From Blepharisma stoltei ATCC 30299 (taxonomy: Eukaryota > Protista > Ciliophora), in assembly GCA_965603825.1 (NCBI GenBank), contig CBFDEM010000028.1, forward strand, positions 620,001-684,000: a stretch of 64,000 nt of DNA, in the 5' to 3' direction. The notes below the pieces were generated by a model. That model made no database searches, was not told where the DNA came from, and saw only the letters and a list, made by a program, of their open reading frames with translations. The position numbers and the translations under genes were made by a program. The number at the start of each line of letters is the position of its first letter. Positions within the stretch are counted from its first letter, which is position 1. This document shows, in pieces, positions 1 to 9,774 of the stretch.

Positions 1-1436
1 GTATGTTTGTCCCACTCCTTTGAGTGTTTTCCATGGTCTGACATTAAATGTATGACAAAATCTTCTTCAGGGTGTTCATATAAGAAATATAAAAGATCTA
101 TAAAGAAATCTTTTAGATCATCATCAACTGTACGTATAACAGTGCCTGTACTTTCATGAGCTGGTGACAAATGGACATATCCGAATCTATTATTTCCAAG
201 ATAATTTATAACATATTGATTAGCATAATTAAGCATATACCAATGAGAATGATGAGCCCCAAAACATCTTTGTCTCTCAATGAAGTCTAAGTATCCATAC
301 ATTTTTCTTGCAGCATGCCAAAAATTAGTAGCAACATGATCAGTTAATATTTTTCTGCCTGTACAGGTTGATAAATAGTCTCATACTGTATCATATCCAA
401 ACATTGTTACATATCCATGTCTCTCATAATGCTTTCATATAGCTTCTTCTTGCAGGGCTTCAAAATATTGTCAGTGAGATTTATGGGCTATTGAGTATTT
501 TGATAATTTTTTTTGGAGTAGTTTTAAATTGTAGCCATAGAGTAAAGGGACTAAATTAGGAATTGTGTTTTCTCCTTGGACATTATTTATAATAAAATCG
601 TACATAACAATTCTATTAGACAAAGAGCTGTCAATTATTTCAGTGTTGAGTGATTCTATTGTTTTTCTTAAATTTCTATAGAAATGCTGCCGAGATACTG
701 AATCAAATAAAATCATAAGGACAGTTTGTGGCCTAGGCTTAGTTTTCATACCGAGCTCTTCAGCTATTTTTTTAGTTTTTTCAAAAGCTCGATCTGAAGC
801 TGTTTTATTAAAATTATTCCTAAGTATGGCTTGTTTCTTTGCCCTATAGCATCTTGCAAAAGCAAACTCTCTATCTTTAAAATCAACTGGTCCATCATAA
901 GGCCTCCATCGACTTCTAAATGGTATTTCCCCTAATTGCTCATCGTTTAGCATTCCTCCTAAAACATATTCTGGCGTTTGGAACTCAAGGCATTTTACAT
1001 ATAAAGTATCATTGGCAATGCTGATTATTTCAGTAGACACAGATCGATCAGCACAGTTATAAAACCTTCGATTTGGGTCAAATAATTTGTCAGCTTGTTC
1101 TTGGGTGTACCCAAAAGATTTTGGGATGCATGAAACATTGCCATCATCAGGAAGTTCTGGGTATTGGGTTAAAGGCCATGAAGTAATTGGTGTTTTTGAT
1201 GTCTCATTATTGCTATTAAGTAGTATAAGTGAAGTTTTAAGATTCTCTATTATAATGTCTTGATCTTTAGCTGATGAAAAAACATTTAGGTTTTCTTCTT
1301 CTTTGCTCAAAATAAGCTGATTTCCTTGGTCATTTTCTAAAGAGAATATGTAAATTAGACAAATTGAGCAACCAAATAACACTATACATGTGAGAATTGA
1401 TAAAAACTTAGGAATTCTCTTTGACAAAATATGCAT
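1..1436 (-). CDS. DUF229-like (alkaline phosphatase/sulfatase-superfamily) type II membrane protein, copy 1; 3' end lies outside the window
   Basis: ATG at 1436, N-terminal TM anchor, motifs LFDSVSRQHF, GENTIPN, HLMSDHG. The frame continues through TGA at 471-473, 435-437 and 381-383; the latter two align to TGG in the paralog at 2062-4671. Confidence 0.8.
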
Positions 1437-2061
1437 TTATATTCATATAAAAGATCATTTTTAATTTTCTGCTTTTTGAACTCTAAAAAATTTGAGAATT
1501 ATTAATTATTTGAGTTGATAAGCTTACTTTTAAAAAAATAACTATTACATATTATTCAAATTATATAATTCTCATATATAATTGTTAGTTCAGCAGTGAA
1601 ACTTATAGCTTGCTGATAGTTTTATAACAAAATTAATTGTTAAGAAAATAATTGCAATTCTAGTTGAACTTAACTTTTCCAAAGATATATTTTTTCTGCC
1701 ATTTAAATAATTTATATACTCCTCATTAACATTTTTTACTTGATTAAAGGTGTTTGAGAGAATTCATATACGAAATTTTATTTCTCCTGCGAAACCAAAA
1801 TTCATATATATAATAATGTGCGCTAAAATGGTAGAAAATTCTGGGAGAAAAGTTGTTTCAGAATGTCAAATCCTTATTTATTATTTATACTATTTTAGGA
1901 AAAGAAATAAAATGTTAATCAATATATTGAAGAATATCAACAACTTAATTGCTAAAAAAAAATTCAACTCTTACAATAAAATAAAGCTAAGTGCCTATTC
2001 AGCTTACTATATACTCATTTATAATAAAATAATAAAAAAGTAATTTGTGCTTAAATTAATT

Positions 2062-4671
2062 TTACTGGCAGGGACACAGTGGTTGAACTCCATATTCTAC
2101 AGTAAAGCAAGTTATATTCTTCCTAGAGTAGGTCATCAGGTCAAAACCATCATTATTTTGTATTAGCCCCAATCCTGATCCTACAATTTCTCTTGATATT
2201 TTTAGCTCGTTAAATAATGCTACTCTTCCTTCCTCAAATGTCACTTTCAGCGGATTTTTTGGATCTCAGCTTTTTTTTAGTATATTTGCTTTATTAAATA
2301 ATTGAAATCCTCAGCCCTGACAGGAGAGGCTTTCAGCTTCACAAATTTCTGAGCATAAACTATGGCTTTCTCCTACAATAATTGATAATTTATTAAGCAA
2401 ATTCCCAATCACTTCTTTCCACTTTTCAGAGGCCGCTGAAATATCAAGCTCTTGAGGCTGTTTGCATATGCATGTGCCTGGTTTAGAATTAATTTGATTT
2501 GCGATTTCTTCACAAATTGCTTTAACATTATCAACCCTTTCAATACCTTGCAGCTGAAGTGCCATTAGTTTTTTTTCTGTTTCATTATAATAAGTAATAG
2601 GATTAAGCCCATCATCATTCGGCTTAAAATAGTTAATAATAGTATTGGATTTAACAGCATATCCAAAAATTTCAAAAATAGCGTCTTCATCCTCATTTAT
2701 AGAAATTCGAATTCTATATATCTTATTTCCACCTTTTTCTGGAGGTTTTAGTTGTTGAACTTCTGCAGTCACTAGCTCTTTAAACGACACTTTTCTACAA
2801 AATTCTTCATGCTTGTTATTTTTAATATTCTCATTAATTGACTCCAAAGCAAATTCAATTAAAGTCTTAATTCCTGGCACATCTTCTGCGATTTCTAATG
2901 GAATTTCAGTAAACGTAAAGCACGAGCACAAAAAGTTTGGAATTGCGACATTATCACAGCTCCTATCATCATTTATTTTTTCTAATAGTAAAGATATCCC
3001 ATTTTGTGTATCAGGCAGTGTCTTTCACTCTTTATAAAGTTCGGATGATATTAACAAATTTCCATAAGGATTTAGTGCAATATGTTTAAAAGTAATATAT
3101 CAGTCAAATCTGCTTACGAGTCTTTTTGTATTATGTTTTAAGATAGAGTCTGTGTCTGACCCTAGTCTTGCAATTAATTCTTTATTAGTAATCATAATAT
3201 GCATAGGCAACTGGTTTTCTTTGTATCCTTCAGTATGTTTGTCCCATTCCTTTGAGTGTTTTCCATGGTCTGACATTAAATGTATGACAAAATCTTCTTC
3301 AGGGTGTTCATATAAGAAATATAAAAGATCTATAAAGAAATCTCTTAGATCATCATCAACTGTACGTATAACAGTGCCTGTACTTTCATGAGCCGGTGAC
3401 AAATGGATATATCCGAATCTATTATTTCCAAGATAATTCCTGACATATTGATTGACATAATTAAGCATATACCAATGGGAATGATGAAGCCCAAAGCATC
3501 TTTGTCTCTCAATAAAGTCTACATATCCATACATTTTTCTTGCAGCATGCCAAAAATTAGTAGCAACATGATCAGTTAATATTTTTCTGCCTGTGCAGGT
3601 AGACAGATAATCCCACACTGTATCATACCCAAACATTGTTACATATCCATGTCTCTCATAATGCTTCCAGATAGCTCCTTCTTGCAGGGCTTCAAAATAT
3701 TGTCAGTGAGATTTATGGGCTATTGAGTAACCTGATAGTTTTTCTTGAAGCAGATTTAAATTATAGCCATATAGTAAAGGGACTAAATTAGGAATTGTGT
3801 TTTCTCCTTGGACATTATTTATAATAAAATCGTACATAACAATTCTATTAGACAAAGGGCTGTCAATTATTTCATTATTGAGCGATTGTATTGTTTTTAC
3901 TAAATTTCTATAGAAATGCTGCCGAGATACTGAATCAAATAAAATCATAAGGACAGTTTGTGGCCTAGGCTTAGTTTTCATACCGAGCTCTTCAGCTATT
4001 TTTTTAGTTTTTTCAAAAGCTCGATCTGAAGCTGTTTTATTAAAACGATTCCTAAGTATAGCTTGCTTTTTTGCCCTAGAACATCTTGCAAATGCAAACT
4101 CTATGTCTGTAAAATCGATTGGCCCATTATAGAATTTTCATGGAGATCTGAACGGTATTTCCCCTAATTCCTCATCATTTAGAGTTCCTCCTAAAACATA
4201 TTCTGGTTTTTGAAATTCAAGGCACTTTACATATAAAGTATCATTGATAAGGCGGATTATATCAGCAGATACAGATCGAGCAGCACAGTTATAAAACCTT
4301 CGATTTGGGTCGAATAATTTGTCAGCTTGCTCTTGAGTGTACCCAAACGATTTTGGGATGCATGAAATATTGCCATCATCAGGTAGCTCTGGATATTGTA
4401 TTAAAGGCCAGGAAACAATTGGTGTTTTCGATGATATCTTATTGCTGTCAAGCAGTGAAAGTGATGGTTTAAGATTTTCTATTATAATTTCTTGATTTAT
4501 AGTTGATAAAAAAATGTTAAAGTTTTCTTCTTCTTCTTGGTTCAAAATTAGTTGGTTTCCTTGGTCATTTTGCAAAGAGAATATGTAAATTACACTCATT
4601 GAGCAGGTAAATAGCACTATGCAGGTGAGAATTGATAAAAACCTAGGAATTCTCTTTGAGCAAATATTCAT
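2062..4671 (-). CDS. DUF229-like type II membrane protein, copy 2 (869 aa), with a C-terminal Cys-rich domain
   Basis: Five track ORFs (4138, 3703, 3100, 2311, 2062) share one frame and are separated by TGA. Ends at TAA 2062-2064. Motifs DSVSR, SDHG, SLLLEKI..RSC..VAIP..LCSC are typical of DUF229. Confidence 0.82.
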
Positions 4672-5072
4672 TTATATTCATATAGATTGGCATTTTAATT
4701 TTCAACTAATAATACTAAAAAAATTGAGAATTATAATTGATAGAGTTTATAAGCAAACTATTAAAAAGAAAATAACGATTTGGCATCTACAAATCAAATT
4801 ATAAAATTCTTACTGTAATTATTATCACCAAAGGCTATATCAGGGCTAATACCCAAATCCCACTAATTACCTCTCCAATAAAGAGAGAGTTAACAGTATT
4901 CATGTGCAGGAAGTTTCTTGGCCGATCAAAAAAATGCTTGATAATTTATATCAAAATTAATTTTTAACTCCTAGAAAACATAATGCAATTCTAGTAGAAA
5001 ATAATCTTTTAGTAGCAAGAATTATTATATTTTTCTATCATCAAAATAATTTGCTTATTAAAATTTCTGGCT

Positions 5073-5342
5073 CTACCTATATGTATCTTTCACAAAATGT
5101 TTTGAATGGTCAACAGAGAATTTTCTACAGAGAAACCATTCATTTAATTCCTTTTTGCAGAGATGAGCCACATTATCATCATTTCTTGCACAATATTTCA
5201 AAGTTCCTCCTTTTTCAAAGCAATCAGTCTGCGATATGCACTCTACAAGGTCTTTAGCAGGATCATGACAAGTTTTATTAACTGGTTTCGATGTGTCTCC
5301 TGTTTTAAGCCAATTAGAAATCTTCTCTATAAATCCTACCAT
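5073..5342 (-). CDS. COA5: Cytochrome c oxidase assembly factor 5 (PET191/COA5), twin-CX9C protein
   Basis: Pattern C-x9-C-x5-C-x9-C...C-x9-C followed by RKFSVD...F matches the PET191 family. TAG stop. Confidence 0.75.
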   Translation of the reverse strand: MVGFIEKISNWLKTGDTSKPVNKTCHDPAKDLVECISQTDCFEKGGTLKYCARNDDNVAHLCKKELNEWFLCRKFSVDHSKHFVKDTYR

Positions 5343-5379
5343 TTAGGGTAAAATATATAAGGAATTAAAATAAAAAGAA

Positions 5380-5997
5380 TTAAGATTTATTTCTGATTGT
5401 TACATTATAAGAAATTAATGCAGAAATAAACTGAAGAATAATCAATGAGTAGCCAATAGAAAGCCCAGGACCTGTAGACACGTTTTCACTATCTTTCCAA
5501 GTATCATCGATTCCATATACATCTGCAACAGCTAAATAAATTGTGATCCCAATTAGGTAAAGCAAAGGCTGCACCCAAATTCCATAATAAACGCTCCAGT
5601 GTTCTATCGTTTTGTCTCTAAATAGCCAAAGATGCACTATAAAATACATAACAGCAGGAATCATACTAAGTATCATAAATATCATCATAATAATCCCTGC
5701 TGCTCTAATCCTGTCAAGGTCTCCACAAAAACCTTTACAGGCTGCATCAATTATCGGCTTAAAATCTTCACATAACTTATTATTGGCATTTCCATAACTA
5801 TCATCACTATTTATTATTGCTTTTAAATCGCTTTTGCTTGTGGATAGAGTTACCAAGCCCCAATCAAAATAGCAGTAATAAAATCATTGAGGGACTGCTA
5901 AAGCTGATATCTGCAACGCAAAAATGATTACGTTTAATATCATGTTGAGTAAGCAGCACTGAGAAAAATATTTGGCTGAGAGATGCTTTCCTTCCAT
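5380..5997 (-). CDS. Four-TM claudin/PMP22-like membrane protein (205 aa)
   Basis: Extends upstream of the track ORF through one TGA(Trp): MEGKHLSAK...ALAVPQWFYYCYFDWGL. Four hydrophobic segments, a W...GL motif and a Cys-containing first loop. Confidence 0.65.
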
Positions 5998-6065
5998 AAT
6001 TATTATGATTTTTAGTTAAATATGCAACAATTTTTATAAATTTTGGAGAAATCTAAAATAATGAG

Positions 6066-6389
6066 TTATGGTTTAACTTGAGAATCCAGCATCATCGTTC
6101 CTTCTTTTTCAAGCATATTTTCGTCATTTTTCTTAAGTTTATCTGCCTTAATAGAATCTCCAATCACATAGGCTTTATAAATCCCAACAATAGCAGCTGT
6201 GCTAACTATAGCTCCCAATGCTTTCCATTTCCCATAAGAAAGTGAATACATGTGCACATTTTTTCTTTTAAAAGCACTCACCATACTAATCTCTTCAGTC
6301 TCAAGCGTCTTTAATATCGGGTTATGTGTCAAAAATTCAGACTCAGAGCTCTTATGATTCTTAATGGTTTTATTAAACCTAAAATCCAT
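6066..6389 (-). CDS. Small single-TM hypothetical protein (107 aa; start could be an internal Met)
   Basis: Open ATG-TAA frame with coding-like composition and one hydrophobic helix (ALGAIVSTAAIVGIY). Confidence 0.55.
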   Translation of the reverse strand: MDFRFNKTIKNHKSSESEFLTHNPILKTLETEEISMVSAFKRKNVHMYSLSYGKWKALGAIVSTAAIVGIYKAYVIGDSIKADKLKKNDENMLEKEGTMMLDSQVKP

Positions 6390-6391
6390 TT

Positions 6392-6986
6392 ATGTCAAGA
6401 TCCTCTACAAGAATCAAAAAAATCAGTGAGTCTATGAAATATGTAGACGAAGAAACCCGAGCTTTGGTCCATCAGCAGAGAATTAATGATCTAGAAGAAG
6501 ATAATTTTTTAGCAGCAAATAGACTGTATATATAAATTTAGCGAAGAAATGACTTTTGGGGATGATAGTGCGTTCACATTCGAAGATGAACTTTTGCCTA
6601 GAAAAATCAAAAAAACACAAAAATGCGTTAAAGGTAATGTGGAGACAGAAAATGAAATTTTAGAAGAAAACGAGTCACCGCTTTATTCCAAAAAGAAAAG
6701 AAAAACAAAAAAATCACCTTTGATTAAGAAAAGGGTGCATCAGAGAAAATCACTGGAAAGAATTATTTTGGAAGAGGTAAAGAATATTCAGGGACTATCT
6801 ATAAATGATGCAGTGCCTAATTATTTGACAATGAGTGTTAAAGCTTCAGATTATCCTAGAAGATTTTTTTGTACAGTTTGTGGGTTTCAGCATAAATATA
6901 CTTGTATAAGATGTGGGGAAAGATATTGCAGTAAAAAGTGTGAGTCTGTACATAAGGAAACAAGATGTCTTAAATTTTCAGACTAA
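6392..6986 (+). CDS. ZNHIT1: SWR1/SRCAP complex subunit SWC6/ZNHIT1 (HIT zinc finger), one 16-nt intron
   Basis: Exon 1 reads MSRSSTRIKK...QQRINDLEEDNF (ZNHIT1-like LExDN motif) and joins across intron 6526-6541 to the track ORF. C-terminus has PNYLT...PRRFFCTVCG..YTCIRCGERYCS..C..H.ETRC. Confidence 0.88.
6526..6541 (+). other. 16-nt spliceosomal intron
   Basis: GTATATATAAATTTAG; removal restores the ZNHIT1 frame; A at -6. Confidence 0.85.
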
Positions 6987-7057
6987 TATTTAATTAAGCT
7001 AAAAATATTACTATTAATTTATAGTAAAATACTAATAATATAAAAATTAGACTGTAA

Positions 7058-8485
7058 ATGGTTCTATTTTTGTATCTTTTAGGACTCGCAGCTGCCCTTC
7101 CAGCTGAGCCACTCGACAGCGAAATTTCATCAACATTCTCTAATCTTAACAAACTTACCAAAGCACGAAAATATTTGCTTTCAGCAAATACTGATAAAAA
7201 AGACTCTGCAAATCTCCTCAGCATCCCTGAGCTTATAGAGCCTCAAGACTATGAGCTCGGAAGATTCATTCCAAAATTCACCCTCCACACAAATCAAACC
7301 ATTTCAGCGCTTGAATTTATTGCACTAAAGCCACTATCAATTTATAAGAATGGGATCAGTCAAGGCATAATCTCAATATATACAGACGGAGTCCTAGAAA
7401 TTCATGACCTTGCAGGCGATCTTCTTTATCGTCACAATTTAGGCTACTCTTCCTCTCTTATAGCAGCTACTTCTAACTTTGACGATATAAAATTTGCATT
7501 GGTTTCTCCTGACGACAAACTAGTGATTTTTACAGTAAAAATAGACAAAGCTAAAAACAGCCCATTTACACCTATTGAATTTGGCAATCAAACCCACAAA
7601 ATGAGCATTGAAATTAAAAAAGACACTGAATCGCCCCTATACCAGTCAGCCAAACCAACATGTATTCTTCACTACGTAAAATCAGGGCAAAAAAACTGGG
7701 TCATTGGAGACAGCCTTGGAGGAGTCTCATTCCACCATATGAATGGAACATGACTAAAACGCACAGAAAGCTTAGGCTACCCTATAACTTCTCTAGACAG
7801 ACTAGGCCCTCAGCTTGTATTTAGCGCAGGAGACTCAATAGCAGTATTAAATACACATACAATGGCATTATCACACAAATGTGAAGGGGTAATTCCTACA
7901 TAGCCAGCTGGGATAATAACTGATATAGCTATCGACCAGATGTCAGGGGCCGTTATATATGCACTTTTAGACTCGAAAGATGTCTTAGTTTTTGAAGCCA
8001 GACATCAGCAGAAAAATGATTATGTTTGTAAAAGTAATTTTTAGGTAGATATTGGAAGAATTCACAGCCCAAGCTCAAATGAGAAATATAGGATGAATAT
8101 GATTAAAGATTATTTAACTGTTTTAGGCTCGAATGGGGAGCTTAGTTTGTATGATTCATCACTTTTATCGAAAGGAATACATATACATCCTACTCAAATG
8201 ACTATTAGTAAAAAAAATATTACACCGCTGTTTAGAACTTTGAAATTACAAACTTATGGATCAGTCATGATTTTTGCTAAAGAAAATGATATTGCTGTAT
8301 ATGAAATTATTCAACCAAAAGTTCCTGAAAGTTGGGATATGGGGAATATCAGGACAATTGGGATTGTTCTGGCTGTATTAGGGGCTATTTTGTGGCAGTA
8401 TTTCAAAAAAGGAAAGAGACCAACTCCAACAGCTTCAAGAAAATCAAAGAAAAACGAGCCTCCATTTGCAAAGAAAAGAAGATAA
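7058..8485 (+). CDS. Type I membrane protein (signal peptide, beta-propeller-like lumenal domain, C-terminal TM, basic tail), two 15-nt introns
   Basis: Track ORFs 7058 and 8093 join via TGA(Trp) 7751-7753 and introns 7889-7903 and 8034-8048. Signal peptide MVLFLYLLGLAAA; TM IGIVLAVLGAILW. Confidence 0.75.
7889..7903 (+). other. 15-nt intron
   Basis: GTAATTCCTACATAG, phase 0; terminal TAG is an in-frame stop if retained. Confidence 0.8.
8034..8048 (+). other. 15-nt intron
   Basis: GTAATTTTTAGGTAG, phase 1; internal TAG is an in-frame stop if retained. Confidence 0.8.
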
Positions 8486-8504
8486 ATTAAACCATAAAAG
8501 TTAT

Positions 8505-9302
8505 TTATTGCGCTTTGAGTCCTAAATTTCCTTTTAATTTTTCTATGTCTTCTTGTCTTCTTTTATTTAATTTTTTTAGCCAAGTATCGCCTCTTTCGTG
8601 AGCCTAATTTTGTTTTACAGCTTTAATCCTTTCTTCAGCTTTTTCCTGGTAAACTCTAAAGCAATCTTCTAAGCTAATTTCCGGATTTTTTTCTTTAACA
8701 TGCTCAAAAAAGCTTAAAAACTCTTTTAGCGTCATATTAGAGTTCTTCTGGCTTTTCTAATTATTATTTACAAATCTTCTGAACCCAGAATTGTGATAAA
8801 AAGTGCTGGCCCATTTATCTTTTTCATCAAATCATTTTTCTTCAAATGCAATTTCTAATAAAGGATATCTAGGATACCCTCTAAGCAGCCCTGATTCTTT
8901 TGTAATGAAGTGATCAATCATTCGTTGCTGAAGGTCTTTAGGTAAGGAGGTCTCTGGTTCTACACAGTTAGCATGGAATCGATAAATCTTTTTCTTGAGA
9001 AGAATTTTTCTAATCCTTTCCATTGGAGTTTCCCTTGTGGCTCATTTGTAGACTCGTGTGTGGAAGTCGAAATAAAAATCAATTGATAAAAGAAATACGA
9101 AAAATATGTTTTTCTTCTTGTGTGTCCATAGAAGATGATTTATTTTTCCGAATAAAGAGAGTTCTGGATAGAAAATACCTCGAAATGCTATTTTTTTGTT
9201 GGCTTTTTCAGAAACTTTTAGGACTTCTTGGCGAAGAGGCTGTGTTAGATTTACAATTGACTGAGAAATCCTGGCAAAAGAAAAAGCTCTGCTTATGAGC
9301 AT
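8505..9302 (-). CDS. Hypothetical protein (255 aa), probable mitochondrial presequence, two 15-nt introns
   Basis: Track ORFs 9042-9302 and 8832-9023 are one frame joined by TGA. It continues through introns 8757-8771 and 8604-8618 to TAA 8505-8507. N-terminus MLISRAFSFARIS is R/S-rich with no acidic residues. Confidence 0.7.
8604..8618 (-). other. 15-nt intron
   Basis: Minus strand GTAAAACAAAATTAG, phase 0, in-frame TAG. Confidence 0.75.
8757..8771 (-). other. 15-nt intron
   Basis: Minus strand GTAAATAATAATTAG, phase 0, in-frame TAG. Confidence 0.75.
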
Positions 9303-9774
9303 TTTAAATATGGCTTATTGATTAGATAGATACACACTATTAAACTATAAACCTTTATAAAGATGGTGACAGCATAATAAACTATGGATCCTCAATGAGT
9401 AAATAATTTGACTGCCTTCTTAATTCAACATAAAAAAAGAAAGCTAAATATTTTTTCATATGAAAAATATAAGTCAATAAAGCATAAAGAATTTATTCGA
9501 CCAAATTAATTCAGCAAAAATTATTTTGAATGAATTAGCAGAATTCTAAAGCATTTTCTCTTGGAGGATTCTACAGCCCCTTATATTTCTATATTAACAA
9601 TTTCAAAGTTTATTAAAATATGCTTTATCTAATCATATATAGCACACTTTAAAAATTAATTATATTCCAGAAAATTCTCTATTAATAATCAGTTATCTTT
9701 TTTACTTTTGAATTTTTTATTTACTGTCAAAAATATTAAGTAAAGCTGCAGCTCATAACTTTTACAACAATAAA

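Noticed and set aside
1750-2043. 97-aa plus-strand ORF
   Set aside because: GTG start and very AT-rich I/K/N/Y composition typical of intergenic DNA.
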